A stretch of DNA of 64,000 nt from a virus, in the IMG/VR virus record IMGVR_UViG_3300043823_000114, positions 26,209 to 90,208 of that record, one strand, 5' to 3'. The position numbers and the translations under genes are program-made. Below are positions 1 through 14,400 of this stretch, in pieces; the stretch's first letter is position 1; each line of letters opens with the position of its first letter. The notes below the pieces were generated by a model. That model saw only the letters and a list, made by a program, of their open reading frames with translations. It ran no database searches and was not told where the DNA came from.

Positions 1-665
1 TTGCCCAACTGCTGAGCATTGACTGCTGTGCCATATAATAAGTTGTTAGCTTCTGTGGATAGTGTGATACCCGGACTGATAACACTGAATCCAGCAACAG
101 CACTACCAGCACTTAATGTGAATGGTTGATCGTAACTCACAATACAACTAACATTGTTATTTGTATAAAACTTAATAACTGTATGTGTAACGCTATTAGT
201 ATCAATAACATCTTCAACAATTGCGCCGCTCTTGCCGTCAGGAGCTTTGTATGCTGGGCCTATTAAGCTCCAGCCACTACCGTTATACATGTTGAGTTGA
301 TAGTTTGTACTATCCCACCACTGAGCACCAACTTGTGTTGTCACTGGAGCGCTGGGAGAAACCCACACTGGTGTCACTGGTAACCAACTTGTTCCGTTGT
401 AAATTCTTAGAATATAATTGCCAGCTGTACTAATATCATACCACAACTCACCCTGCAATGGGGTGGATGGGGCAGTAATATTGGCGAAATTCTGTAATAA
501 CTTGATAAAGTTTTCATCAAGATATTGACCATAGAATGGATAATTCTTACCAAATAAATCTAAGTCACTGGAATTTAAACCAGGATTAATATCTGGGCCA
601 TCCGCAGTACCATCCAGTAATGTGATTAAAACTTGACCAGTTGTTGTATTAATTGTATAAGACAT
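1..665 (-). CDS. Partial (runs off left edge) virion structural / tail fibre-like protein, MSYTINTTTGQVLITLLDG...GKNYPFYGQYLDENFIKLLQNFAN...
   Basis: Not in ORF track. ATG at 663-665 on the minus strand just after the stop of the 671..1327 ORF; reads open towards the window edge. GKNY..YG...ENF..LL.NFA..P..P..G.LWYD pattern typical of fibre/baseplate-attached proteins of large myoviruses. Confidence 0.7.
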   Translation of the reverse strand, partial: MSYTINTTTGQVLITLLDGTADGPDINPGLNSSDLDLFGKNYPFYGQYLDENFIKLLQNFANITAPSTPLQGELWYDISTAGNYILRIYNGTSWLPVTPVWVSPSAPVTTQVGAQWWDSTNYQLNMYNGSGWSLIGPAYKAPDGKSGAIVEDVIDTNSVTHTVIKFYTNNNVSCIVSYDQPFTLSAGSAVAGFSVISPGITLSTEANNLLYGTAVNAQQLG

Positions 666-670
666 TTATA

Positions 671-1327
671 TTATCCTTGTGCGGTCAAGTTTGTTAGAGT
701 CTGGATACGCACAGTGTAATCAACTTGAATCAATCTGTTTAGAGATTTCTGAACTGGGTGGAAGATAACATGAGTTAACATTGGGCCAGTTGAAGTTAAT
801 CCGCTTGTACCATCAGTACTACGACCAAATAAACCCAATTCATCGAAAGTATAAGTGTCTGTGAGTGTTTGACTGTTATCAAATGCGCTTTGCCCTGCAG
901 GCTCACCGTAGTCAAGCAAACAACTAACAAGAATATCTGTATAAACTTGTCCAGGAATATGACGAACTTGAATGTAGTTTTGTGCAGGATTTGTGTTTGC
1001 AGCCGCTGTATCGTCTACCACTTTACTATAAGTTGCATTATATAGATTACTACTTTGTCCAGTAGTATTTGGTGGAAGATATGTGATAACGCCAGTGGGG
1101 TCTACGCTAGTTCCGCCATTACCAAAATGCATCTCATAGATGTAGTTTTGATCTTTGTTTGCCAGCATATATGCTAAAGCAACGCTGATATTTTCGTAGT
1201 GAATGGCATTGCTTTTGTCTTGAAGGACAACGATGTTTTTTGGGTCTGTAACGTCACTGATCTTGATATGACCACGGACATAGATACCACTCATTTCATC
1301 TGGCTGACGGATTGTGTTTTTACTCAT
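671..1327 (-). CDS. Virion structural protein (baseplate/tail-associated), 218 aa
   Basis: ORF track; late promoter upstream; FGNGGT...FDELGL...LTHVIFHPVQKSLNR.I...YTVRI pattern; located in the baseplate module. Confidence 0.6.
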   Translation of the reverse strand: MSKNTIRQPDEMSGIYVRGHIKISDVTDPKNIVVLQDKSNAIHYENISVALAYMLANKDQNYIYEMHFGNGGTSVDPTGVITYLPPNTTGQSSNLYNATYSKVVDDTAAANTNPAQNYIQVRHIPGQVYTDILVSCLLDYGEPAGQSAFDNSQTLTDTYTFDELGLFGRSTDGTSGLTSTGPMLTHVIFHPVQKSLNRLIQVDYTVRIQTLTNLTAQG

Positions 1328-1348
1328 ATATTTCTCTGATTATCTGTA

Positions 1349-1355
1349 TATTTAT
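1349..1355 (-). promoter_or_regulatory. T4-type late promoter (ATAAATA)
   Basis: TATTTAT on plus = ATAAATA on minus, ~22 nt upstream of the 1327 start; gp55 is encoded in this window. Confidence 0.65.
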
Positions 1356-1359
1356 TGTA

Positions 1360-2394
1360 TCAAACTCTGCCTACAACGACTTCTATTATACCAATACCGT
1401 CGCCTGAATATGTTCCTAGTGCTTTACCAATTACGGTGCCAATGCTAGGATTATTATTTGTCATTGCTACCCCAGAGATACTGCTAGTAACCATTCTGTC
1501 ACCACGATTAACTGTGCCAGTGACTTTACATGGAACACGCCCCTGTAACGCAATGCTTACCCCATCTATGCCTTCGTTCATCAAATATGCAGGATTGGTA
1601 GAAACTACCCCTGCTACTCTGGCATCATTTGCTTCAGTACTAATTGTAACTTCAGTAGAATCCCCGAATACAACAACTGTTCCTGGTTCGTAATCTTGAT
1701 CGCTAGTGTATCGTTCTGCCAAGTCAGCGTATAATGCGTGAATTGCTGTACCATAGATATTATTCCACCAAGCACTTGCACTACCAATATTGTAAGTAAG
1801 ATTGGCAGATGGAATTATATTCCCACTGAAACTTGCAAGATTCAACGAGTTAAGGATAGACTGCCCGTTAGCATAAAAATACCCATTGGCAAAAACAGAA
1901 TTAAATGGGGTGATAGTTGACCCAACATTTGATGAAGTACCAGAGGCAGAAAGCACATTTCCAAAAGTTACACTGGATAATGTAGATATAAAAGGTTGAC
2001 TACTTGTTTTAACTATAGCAAGTACGTTACCAGCAGTGATGTTTCCACTCGCAATGATATTACCTGCACTGATATCCCCAGTAAATGTAGATACTCCCGT
2101 AATACTATCAAACCCCGTTACTGTTAAATTGCCACCCACCCTAACATCAGCGGTTGTAGTCAATGCGGTAGCGGCAATCGTCCCAGTAGACAGCGAGCCC
2201 GCTGTAACCAGTCCCGTAAATACCCCTGTTCCAGAATCTATCGTGGATACTGTTCCAGATGCCAAATATCCACCGATATAAGTTTTGATTGCCGAAGCGG
2301 CGATGTGTCCAGTTACGCTAGACGTTTCGACGGGAATCAACGTATTGTCGTAGACAGTAGCTTGTGACGGTAAACCAGTAATTGTAATTGTCAT
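1360..2394 (-). CDS. Tail fibre/spike protein with C-terminal intramolecular-chaperone (auto-processing)-like domain, 344 aa
   Basis: Thr/Gly/Asn-rich beta repeats followed by ALYADLAERY...PGTVVVFG...AGVVSTNPAYLMN...GRVPCKV...GKAL...IEVVVGRV. Confidence 0.65.
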   Translation of the reverse strand: MTITITGLPSQATVYDNTLIPVETSSVTGHIAASAIKTYIGGYLASGTVSTIDSGTGVFTGLVTAGSLSTGTIAATALTTTADVRVGGNLTVTGFDSITGVSTFTGDISAGNIIASGNITAGNVLAIVKTSSQPFISTLSSVTFGNVLSASGTSSNVGSTITPFNSVFANGYFYANGQSILNSLNLASFSGNIIPSANLTYNIGSASAWWNNIYGTAIHALYADLAERYTSDQDYEPGTVVVFGDSTEVTISTEANDARVAGVVSTNPAYLMNEGIDGVSIALQGRVPCKVTGTVNRGDRMVTSSISGVAMTNNNPSIGTVIGKALGTYSGDGIGIIEVVVGRV

Positions 2395-2418
2395 TTTTTA
2401 ATCTCTAGGCCTTTTCTA

Positions 2419-2425
2419 TATTTAT
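2419..2425 (-). promoter_or_regulatory. T4-type late promoter (ATAAATA)
   Basis: TATTTAT on plus, 25 nt upstream of the 2394 start. Confidence 0.65.
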
Positions 2426-2426
2426 T

Positions 2427-5400
2427 TTAACTGAGCCCCTTAATATACTGTGCTTCCACAGTATTAGAACCTTCTAATCCAAGACCATCAGTAACAGCAC
2501 CAACATTTGCCCCAGTAGTAGCCAGTATATTACCAAAGTTATCTGTGACTAAGTCGCTCAAGTTATCTACAAAGTCTTGTGGAGCCCCAGATGATTGATT
2601 CAACCAAGTAGTGGTATGTACTAAATTTCCACCTGGAATCAAGAAATTGATGTTTGTATCAACTACCTGTGTTCCCACAGTATAAACATTGGCTGCACCA
2701 GTACCATCAACAGCACGACGAATGTTAGTTAAAACATTGTTTACCATGTCGATGCCCCAGAATACGATCTTTTCACCGTTGATAAACACTACCCCCGGGA
2801 TAAGTTTGCTCACATTTGGTGAACTGATTGCTTGTGCATTGGCGATATGAATATTACTATCTGTGATATTCAAGTTTGCTGTCAAAGTAGTAATGTGACT
2901 TTCACTGATACCATAGTATTGTGGCCAAATTGCTGTATTTGTACCGGAAGCATTACCGTTCATGTTCTGAACAATTCTGTATCCAATGTTGGCAGTAAAA
3001 CCTTGTGCTATCAAATTGGCGCTCAGTGGCAATCCAACATTTGCAGCCAATCCATTCATACCAGTATAAACAGTCATATTGAGATTGTCATAAGTTACCC
3101 CTGGAACGAATTCTTCAGGCGCATGACTACTTGCAGTATCATAATATGCACCACCATCTATAATGCTATAAACATTAGAGTTGGTGTAAGTATTCTGAAT
3201 TGTAGTATCTAGATATGTTGGATTATTAAAATCATAATACTTTAGGACCAGATTAGCACCGATACTTGTGGTTGGTAGAGAACCGCTTACAATAATCTGC
3301 CATGGGTCAACTTCTGTAATATTCAACTCATAACTTTGACTCGTATCTGTATCAACTAATACAATGGGTTGTCCACTAGCATAGTTATATTGAGTAAAGT
3401 CTACTAAATTCTCTGTGGTAATTTGATTAAACGAAGAAGAACTTGCTACTGTAACACCCAAGTTGGCAGTGTTTGCAGATATCCAGTGAGTTGCATTGTT
3501 ATCAAATGTCCCAACAACATCAACTAGAGTAACTAGATTACCCACTGATGTATTATAAACAACACCAGATGCACCACTAACTGCTTGTGTAATAACATTA
3601 CCTGTATATACTACCGCAGAGTTTGTTAAGTCCAATGTAACTGTTGGAATTTGTACATTGGCGCTATAAATCGCCCGTGTATTTGCCCAAGTATAGATGA
3701 GATTGCTACTAAACACTGAAGTATTTGCTTCGTAAGTAACACCAGTTACATTAACTCCTGGATACTCTATTCCAGTCATTAGCTGTGCAAGATCGTTTCC
3801 TGGCATACCCGCAGTTGGTTGATAATATGCAGTGATACGGTCACTGGCATTACTAAACGAATTGGCATTGAGTAAGTTATACTTCGTATAGTCAAACACA
3901 TTGCTTATTGCGATAGGATTAACGTTACTATCTGTACCATTTACTAATATATTGCCGTCTCTACGGACAAAGTTAGTCGTTAAGTTACCAACAGTGATCG
4001 TTTGCTTAGTAGAATTTACAGACAGTACTCTCGCATTGGCAGTAGTATTTTTCTGAGTAATGTAATCTCCAATGTTAGCTTGTATATTACCACTAGTTGT
4101 CAAAATCGCACTACTATAAACATTTGCTGTAGCTTGATATGCTTGCCCGTTATAACTTACAATACTGCTATTTGCCACAGTGATGTTTGGCATCCAAGCA
4201 ATAATATTACTATTGTATGTAATTCTGTCAAACGCAATAGTTGTAGCAAAGTTACGAACAGTGTTGTAGCTATTGTTGATAAACTGAGTGAAACTTGAAA
4301 TGCTTGTTACATTCGAATGCAAGTTGGCTGCATCACTGAAGATGTAATCCGTTGTATTGAATGATCCAACCGTATCAACTAGTGTCACAACATTACTATT
4401 TGTAATAGTAGTATACACTGTACCATAAGCACCTGTATTTTGCTGAGTAATAATGTTACCAACATAAACTGTGACATTGCTGTATGTAGCAAGTTGTGTT
4501 GTGGGTAAGCTATCTACTTGATAATGATTTACTAATTTAGCATACCCGAACGCACCAGAACCAGTTCCGTTAATAAAGATAGTTGGCTGACTTGTGTAGC
4601 CCGACCCTGGATTGATAACTTCGAAAGATTCAATTCCGCCAGTAGAGAAGTTAACAATGGCCTGTATGTTTGCACCAGTACCACCGCCACCAACAACAGT
4701 AACAGAGGGCGTTACTACATACCCAGATCCTGCATTAGAAACGAATACACTACCGATACCATAAGTGTGATTGTTATACCATTGACTATACTGAGGTAAT
4801 GTGCTTAATAAAGTGCTGTCTCTTGGATCAGACCCATTGGGACTACGGTAAGCACCAAACGCATCAATGTATGTACTTGGGATATCAAAGTCTGTAGTAT
4901 CACCGTAATATTCGTCGTTACCTTGATAATCAAGTTTATATTCACGGATACTTGTTCTATAAGGTTTGACTTCGTTGATGTAATCTTCGTAATATGTTTG
5001 ATTGTCTGGGCTATAACTTGCAGGTTGTCCCAGAGTCTTGAACTTATGTAAGATACTGATGAAACTTGTCTTGAATACCCAATCAACTGCTGGCTGTTCT
5101 GTTAGAACATAGTTTATCAATGTAAAGAACATTTGATTAAAATATACAGCCAAAGTGTCAATGAAAATATTATTCTGAATAGCATTGAAAATAATGCGGA
5201 TTTCATTACCAGTCACATTTGATGTATACAGTGTACTACTCAACTGTATTGTGCCGTTTTGAATACCAACAACATTTGTAGTAAGATCAGAATTTACACG
5301 GTATACTGCAAACTCACCGTTACCATTGTTTAGGACTTTCACGGTGTCCCCTGCAACTAGAGTTAGAGTTGAGATGTCTGCGGCAGTTGCCACAACATAA

Positions 5401-8400
5401 GTTGCTAGCACTGTACTGTCGTAAGTACTATCATACCAATCTGTCTTACTCCAATAGAACGGAGTATAGTAGCTTTGTTCGCTAGTCAATACCCAAGTAG
5501 TACCAGACCATTCATAAGTCGTCCATATGCCAGATTTAGTTTCGTCTGCCAACACTAGTACAGTATAACCAGCAGCCAATACACCAGTGTCGATATACCC
5601 AAGTTCCTCGTATGTCGCAACTTGAATATCGTATGTTGTATAGTCTGGTAATGGAGCAGATGCATACAATGGATTGATATTGAATTCTTCTACCACTGGA
5701 TACTGTATTAATATGCCGTTAACAAATTCTACCCAGTTTTGTAAAGCAGTTGTACGATTTACAAATAGAGTTTGATTTGGGGCATTGTTAAGACCAATAC
5801 TTTCTTGTACAGATAAACTTGCATCAGGAACTGCAAATCCGTTAGCATCAATACCACTCAAACTGTCAATGATTTTTTCAACAATGCGTGTTGGGATTGT
5901 ACTGCTCGGATTACCTTCTTGAACTAGTTGATATTCACTGTGAATGACATGACTATTACGGATAGTATCGTAATCAACGTGTAGAACGGTACTGTTACCA
6001 GACAAATAGTTACTGATACCATGCAAACTTACTGTATCATCTTGAATAACTGTTGCATAAGGAATCGATTGTGATTGTGGATTTTCGATAATGTCTTGAA
6101 TCGTGCTCACAGTATTTCTATGAACACTAGATTGTTCAAGACTATTCTTACCATATACCCAATAATAGTATGTGCTCTTTGGCAACTTAGTAGTTGGGTT
6201 AATAGTTGTTTCCACAACATAAGCACTGTTATCTGCGTACAATGGAGTTCCTAGTCCGTCGTAAGCACTCGGGGGCAGATCGCTAGACACCCACTCACAA
6301 ACTTGAACTTGACTTCCAGGGAACATCATACCCCAGTTGTTTGCACGGTAAGTCAGATTACCTTGTTCATAATCGATATAACGAAGAACACCAGTATTCC
6401 ACCAAGTTTTAGTAGTTTGATCTGGACCCCAATGATAGTCTAAACTATATGCTAGATTTGGAATACTATCTACGCTACCAACGCTGTTATAAACTGCTGG
6501 ATCGTATGCTGTGATGAAATCTAAATCTTCTTGTGCCGCACCAAGAACTTTACCCTTAGCAGGATCAATGTAGTCTAAGTTAGTAGAGATAACGCTATTA
6601 TTAACGTTATACAAATACATTCTGCTGATACTATCAATATCAACTTTTTCAGTTTCTTGATTGACAATATCCCAACCAATATTACCATTGAAGTTGTTGT
6701 AAGTGTAAAATGTTCCAGCATTACTGATTGGCATAGGAGCGCCAGTAGTAGCATTGTAAACTATCCAAGTATTGCTTGGATCAAACGCTGTAGAGTTGCT
6801 ATCACCAGGAGCACCAACGATCATAGTATTGCCATTCATAGCAACACTGTATCCGAATTGATCATGTGGGCTTAGACTATTGTTTTGTAGTCGTTGAACG
6901 AGAACATATTGGTCTTGTACATTACCAGATAGACTGCTGTTTACTAATCCATAAATGTATACAACACCTGAACCCTCAATAGTGTCAATAAAGATACTAT
7001 TGTTAAGATCAAAAGTCGTTGTGTCTGTATCAAATGAAGTTGTATTCTCTGTGCTACCACCATTTGCAGAAACTACAAGAGTTTCGCTGTTGGGACTAGA
7101 AAGAATCTGTGATCCGTATTGTGCGACATCTTCCGTTCCAGGATGTTTCAATGTTTGTGCAATACTGAATACGCTTAGCCCCAAGTTAGCCATAGCGTTA
7201 CCATTACCAGGACCAATGATCAGTTTCTGATATGGAGTTGTTACATTGCTCGTAATAGTCAGAGCACCATAGCCCTGAGCAATAGCAGTAACACCGGCGA
7301 TGTTTGCGCTGTTAATATTCTGTGCCGCTGTAATAGTATTACCAGCAGTAAATGCTACATTAATACCATTAATGCGAATACTATCACCTAGACTGACATT
7401 ACCATTGTAAGTTGTTCCTGTGATTGAGCCATAGCTTGCGCCTTGATTTACATAACGATAAACGATACCGCTGAAATATCCTGGTGCACTGTATCCTGGG
7501 CTTGCAATATAAACATCTGCGTCATTACCAGAGATGCTTGTAGTAGTACCAAAAGCACCACCGCTAGTTGGATTTGGACTTGTGATCGTTTCTAATAGAT
7601 TGAACTTGTTAGTCTCAACATTGATCAAGCTACCGATTACGGGAGCAGTAGTAAATGTTAGAGTTGTTCCAGTAAATGTATATCCGCTAGTAGCAAGATT
7701 ACCATTGACTGTTACACGACTTTGGCTGTTTACATTAGAATAAGTTGTTGTATAAGTTGTACCGTTGGCAACAAATGATTCGATACTACGATCAAATACA
7801 TACACAGTTCCAGCGGCTGTAACGCCGTTGACTGCTTGATATGGGGCACTGATTGCTACTTGATTACCTGTACTAGTTGTTTTAACATTGTACCCAAACT
7901 GTGACGATGAACTACTACCAACGCTGATAGTATTAGCGTATGAATAAGATGTGTAGAAACCAACAGTATTTGCTTGATACACATAAACATTTCCAGCATT
8001 TGGTGCCGATACATACAACCATAGACCGTCAGCGCTTGCGCTGATACTTGATCCAAACAAATCCCCCACGTTACTCAAACTTGGGCTAGTCAATGTTTGT
8101 TGCCATAGGAAACTTGCATTGCCATTGAATTCATAGATATGAACTCGTCCATATTGCGTAGATCCGTTGCCCGGATTACCGATATATAAAAAGTTTCCAG
8201 AAGTATCTAAACTCGCGCCGAATTTAGTGCCACCACTGTATTGTCCAATATTTGCAACCAATGTAAGTGTGTTGTTATTTGTGACATTAGAAACGAATGC
8301 ATAGACATTACCATTGTTTAATAATGAACTACTTGCCGCCGCAAATGCACCACTTGCGCTGATAGTTGATACCGTACCAAAACCAACATTACTAATGTAG

Positions 8401-11400
8401 CTGTTAGCATCTAGCTTCATGCTTGGGTTGAAGATGCTAGTGTTACCAGACCATGGGGTTGATTTGTTATAAACTACCCATCCGCCAGTTTCTGCATCTG
8501 TATCAACCCAAAGTTTATCATTGTCCAACCAATCATGTAGCGGAGCAATGCTGTTCAAATCTGTTGGACTATCAAGACGAACACTTTGTAGTCTGTATAA
8601 AGAACCAGTACCAGCTATCTTGATTGCTTGTTTAATCTGATCTGCGGCCTGTGCTTGGAATACTACGCTGAAGTTATAAGCATCAACAACCCCGTATACA
8701 CGGTAGAACGCATTAACTCTAACATCAAAGTTTGACAACACAACGATATCGCCATAAGCCACATTATGTGGGCTACTTGTTGTTATAACACCGATGTTAT
8801 CAACGCTATATGAAACTTGAGTTACATTAACATCTGTTTCATTAATACGGAATACATTCCAGTTACCTGTCAAATCTCTCGCTGTCCATACAGTTGAAGC
8901 AATACCGTATTGATCTATGTTAGCACTTAAATCATTGAGATTTGCATTGATATCAAATACTGTAGTTGTAATATCATTGATATTGACATATCCAGCTGTT
9001 TGTACATCGTTTTTGTAGTTGCTAGATGCATCACGGTTCACATAGATTGAAGGAGTATAACTTCCTTCAGTTTTGTATAATTGACTAGGTTGTACACCAA
9101 TGATTCCACTGATACTTGAACCATTATTAGGTAGAAGTTGTAATGTTACTGGATCACCGTTGAATGTGCCTTCAGTTAAAATCAAGTCAACACTACGATT
9201 ATTGTCTAAAGCACCGTATTCACCGACACGCATAGCCCATTCTTCATAGACATCAATTTCACTTGTCGTACCATTGACACCGGTTGCAGTAAATGCAGTG
9301 ATAGCATTCATTGTACCCTTTTGACGAATATAACCCTGATAGAATTTTGCTTGGGTAACTTCGTCTAGGCCGAAGTTTGTCAAATAATCTCGTGGTTGGA
9401 ATCCGATAGCACTATCACTATATAAGTGGAAGTCACCCAATACTTCTGGGTTATCGACATCATTAAATCTATTGAACTTCTCAGCATTGTAGCTGAAGTT
9501 TGGTAGTAGACCGGTCTTGAGTTCATCACTAGACAAACGAGCCCACAGCGTATTATCAAATGTTGTTGCGGCAGGAATGTCTTGTAGCGCAGTGTAATTA
9601 AAACTCTTGTAACTTACGATAGCACCCAATAGATAATCTTTGCCCTGTTGCCAAGCATCCACTGTTGTGTTATTGAACACAAATCCAGGAGGATTCATAG
9701 CACCAGTCCAAGAACCTGTTTTCTTACCAACAAGTTTTAAACGGTATTGTCTATTGCCAAGTTCTGGAACATAGATGATGTCATTAAAAATATCTTTATT
9801 GTCAAATAACATTACGTGTTCGTATTCGACAACATCTAGTTTTATCAGAGCAATAGTTTGTCCACCATTGACTGTTATATCACAAGTATTACCAGTAGCA
9901 CTATTTTGTCTATTGACACTCATCTGGCTATATTTGACAAAATTATAACTAGTATCTAGAACACAGCTAGAACCCGGTTGATTGTCAATCTTATCAACAA
10001 CACCCAGCGGAGTGAATAACGTTGTATGATTCAGTATTGGGCTCAATACCAATATGCTACTTGCATTCCATCCTTGTTGTGCCCAAGTTAAAAATTCTTT
10101 AGCACTGAGTAAGAAGTCTCGTTGAACTCCCAAATCAGGGTCAGAATCAATAAACTTAAACCCAACACCCTGTAGATATCTTTGATAACTCACTAAGAAA
10201 TCAACAACTTGTTGTCTTGTAGTGAACTCATATCCGTAAGGAATAGTTATCTTGTATTTCTGATAATCTTGGTAAACTACAGCGGCGTCTTGTAATACAG
10301 GAATAGAATAACTTCTACCATTTACTAGACTGGGGATAATAGTGAAGTACGGAGTGGTTGTATCATATCCGCTTACTGTGAATCCAGATGCTGTCTTTTC
10401 GACAATAACTGCACTGTAAGTTACAGAGTTAGTCGGTGTAGAAGATTGTAATAGAATTCTATAACTCTCATTGGGGATTACTACACCGTTATTAGTACTA
10501 GTCGGACTACTCTGTTCTGCAATTACTTGTATGAAACTTGAATCCGTGAATCCAGCCATCTTGTAAGAAAGTATTACATTAATAATACTTAAATTGATGT
10601 ACGAGTTAGGGTTAATCCCCAAGTATCTCAAGTTATCTGCCATCCAGTTTAGATAGCTAGCACTACGCTGAATAGTATTTGTATCACTAATATTACCGTT
10701 AATAGCAGTAGATGCAGGAGTAATGCGTTGTAGTGTAGACGCACAAATAAACTGATTTAGTTCAGTATTTTTGTAATAGTCATTTACATTAACTAGTGTT
10801 CCAAAATAGAAAGCAGGTTTTGCCATAGCCATAGCTCGTTGGAAAGCATATGGGAAATCACTGCTACGACGCCATGCTGTTTCTACGGGGCCTTGATCAC
10901 CGATTCTCCAGTCTGCACTAGCATCTCTACTGTTGAAACTCTTGACGATAAAATCTGCTGGAGCTAACAATACCCCAGTTGCGTCTACTGGAATAATTGT
11001 TTGTAATCCTGTACGGACGAATCTGCTATCAACATATGGGTTGCCGTTGTTCCAAACAATACCAGCAGCCATGTCGTCCCAAAGAACCATGTTGCCACCA
11101 GTATATGGAGCAGGACCATATCGTGTTTCCCACCAGCTTGGCATTGTTGTGAAGCCAATCATTTCCCAAGGATTAGTATGGGGACGATCTGTATCAAAGT
11201 AGTATTTGAAAATAGCGCGCCAGTTTCCTGGAAGTGGTGCACCGTTGATTACATCAACAAATCTATCGTAGTTGTAAGTAAATTCGTTGCTGGCAACAAA
11301 AGTTGTATTAGTAATATAATCTATGCGATTATCACCCGCCCATTTTAAGAAGCTAGTTGTAAGCAGTTGTGTAAATTCACTGTTGCTGTAATCTGTTGTT

Positions 11401-14400
11401 CTAAACTTTCCTGGCAAGAAATCATAGACGCTAAAGACTTGATTTGTGGGATTTACTTTAATATTGTTATAGATGCGTTTTTCAAACTCTAACAACAAAT
11501 CATCACGGTAATCACCAAACGCAGGAGTGATGCTGCCATCGTGCCCTTGTATCACATTCGTTGGAGTAATGTAAGTTGTATCGTAATATTTTTCAGGAGC
11601 AAACTTTGGATACAATCCCAACTTAGTTGGAGTTTCTGGAATATAGCACCCATCAGTACTACTATATTCATTGATAGTGATAGTATCACCAATAGTTAAT
11701 GGTGTGGTAATAGTTATACCAGCAACATTAGCATCAAAAGTATAATCTTGATCCTTGACCAACTGCGCATTATTCAAATACACCAACACAGCTTGATTAC
11801 TTAAAGTTGTGTCGCTGAAAATATTACTGATTTCATATCCAGTAATCTCTGCGCTTTCTACTGTGTATGTGATAGTATTCTTAATATCGCCGTATGGCAC
11901 CATATCACTATAGTACCATGGGAAGCTACTACTTTTTACAGCATTGATAGTTTTAAGTAGCGTATCAAGTAGTACTGGGATGTTTGTGAAATCAAGCCCA
12001 GCTGTTCTAGCGCTTAGTTCTAAAATTTTATTTTTAAACTTGCTGTATTCTCTACGGGCTAAATCTAAACCATCAACAAAGTTGAAGTATGGATCTACTA
12101 ACGCAATAGGAACTGCTAATGCAGGACTTGCGTGTTGAAGAATACTACCACCCTGCGGTTTGATATTCAAGTCTCGAAGATTGCTACTACCAGGGAAACT
12201 ACCAACAACTTGATTGCTGTTTGCAACCATAGTAGATAAGTGATTACGCAATTGCCCAAGAGTTAATGTTGTAAAGTTGGCATTCTTACTATTGAAGTCT
12301 AGATTCTTTGGAACTTCGTAATACCCAAGTTGACTCACAGCACTGCTGTTGTAAATCAAAATATCAATTTGATCACCAGTAGTCAAATCAGGATCAGTAA
12401 TGTGTACATAGTTCAAAACGCCCACAGTAATCGTTTCCCAATCAGTTGTCTGAATCGAGTTACGGTATACTCTGAAATAAGGAACTGTGGCTTCTGTACT
12501 ATTAGTAATATCTATTTGGAAATAACTATTATTTCCATCATAGACTCCACTAATAATTTGAAACTGCTTTTCTTGTTCAGTATTTGTTGTCCAACTATTT
12601 CTAATAGTAGAATTTGTTAAATCAGAGTTTTGTTGTAGCCAACCAACAGAGTTGATGTTTACGTCAGATTGTGCTGTACCAGCACCATCAGTAAAGTTGA
12701 ATGTGTCTGAATCAAAATTGTTGGTGAACTGAATGTCCCCAATTTGATTAAAATTACGGTAGCTTAGTGGGAATCCCAATACTGGATCATTTACTCCAGT
12801 ACCAATAGCGTAGCTGAAAATTTGAGTTCCAGCAAATGTGCTATTAGTGTATGTGCTGATACTTGTACCTGTATCATCGAAAATGTCAAATAAAGGTGAT
12901 TGATTAATGCCATTCTTCTGTTGTCCCTGAACCCAAGAACTACCAGTATAGTAGTATTGTAATCCCTTGTATGGACCAGACATTATAACAAGATTGTTAT
13001 TAGCATAAATGTTTTCGTCTGTTGCTGGTGCAAGATTTATTACTAAGTTACTGGAAATATCCACAACATTCACAACAAAGACTTTATCACGCACAGTAGG
13101 ATCAAAGTCGTTGGCGAAAATAACTCGCATACCTTGCTCTAATGTCACACCGTCAAGTGTTGTACCGTAGGGTTGTAATTCTACTGTACTTCTACTATCA
13201 GAGTTTGTAAAGTCAATCAAATCAACTGGAGCCACACCTACATGCCCATAGTTAAAGAGTTGGATATCAGCTTCAAACTCAATGATAGGACGATTAGCAC
13301 GAGTTGATTGGTCTAGAACAGGGGTAACACCGTTGTAAGCGGCACTAGCATTGATAATGTCAATGTGAAACCAACGGTTACTACGAGTCCATGGATTCAA
13401 GTCAATGCTAGCTCTATTGATTGTAATATAATCAGCAGTACCCAGACCATTCACTGCAAATGGTTCTGGATTGATAAATTTAGAAACATCGATAAGTTTT
13501 ATACCAGTACCCACACCCTCAACATAATAAGTATTACCTTGATATGCCGCAGGAGTTGCAGTTGCATCAAAAGTGACTGCAAGACCGTTAGTGAATACAA
13601 CCCCATTTGGGCTTTTATATCCAGTTGATCCCAAAATAGTATTTTCAACATCTACGACCCCTTGATCGGCAAAAAGCATACTGAACTGCCCAACCATACC
13701 AGAAACAGCGGCGTCTTGATAATACAGCGCAGTCAACGGGGCTGTAATATCTGGCATTAGATTAAACAAGTTTAAACTTAAATAATCATTGGCTAGAAAA
13801 TAAGAATATTCTGCTCGTGTTAACCCACTTCGAACAAATACCCGTTGTTGTGCACCGATAGTAAATGCTTGCAACAATGGATTTAAAGTGACTATTGGAT
13901 CTGCATCACTACTTAAACTGATTTGCCATGCATTACGACGAGATGCTACTGGTACTGTTTGACTGTTAACAGTCCATTTACTATCATCCAAATCTGTATT
14001 AATAAAAATCAATGATTTTAAATTCAGTTGATTGATTGCGTTGACACCATCGAATCCATTTTCGCCGGCAGCAACAATTGCGCTTAGTCTTTGACCTTGA
14101 ACTTGAGTATAACTCAATGCTGTACTCAAATCTGCTGTTCCAGCAAGAGTTAGCCGAACATAAAAGTCTTGTGCAGTTGGTTGTGGTACATTGAATGTGA
14201 TAGTACCAACATCTGCACCGTTATTTGTTACTCCCAATACATCACGACTAGACAAGCTAGTTTGATTATTTTTTGTTCCGCTAGTTCCAGGATTTGTTTG
14301 AATCCAGAATGAGTATCCGGGTTGATTTACTATGAATTGATATGTACCACCGTAGGCAAGTTGAATATTTGGATTTTCAACCCCTGATGCAGTACTAAAT

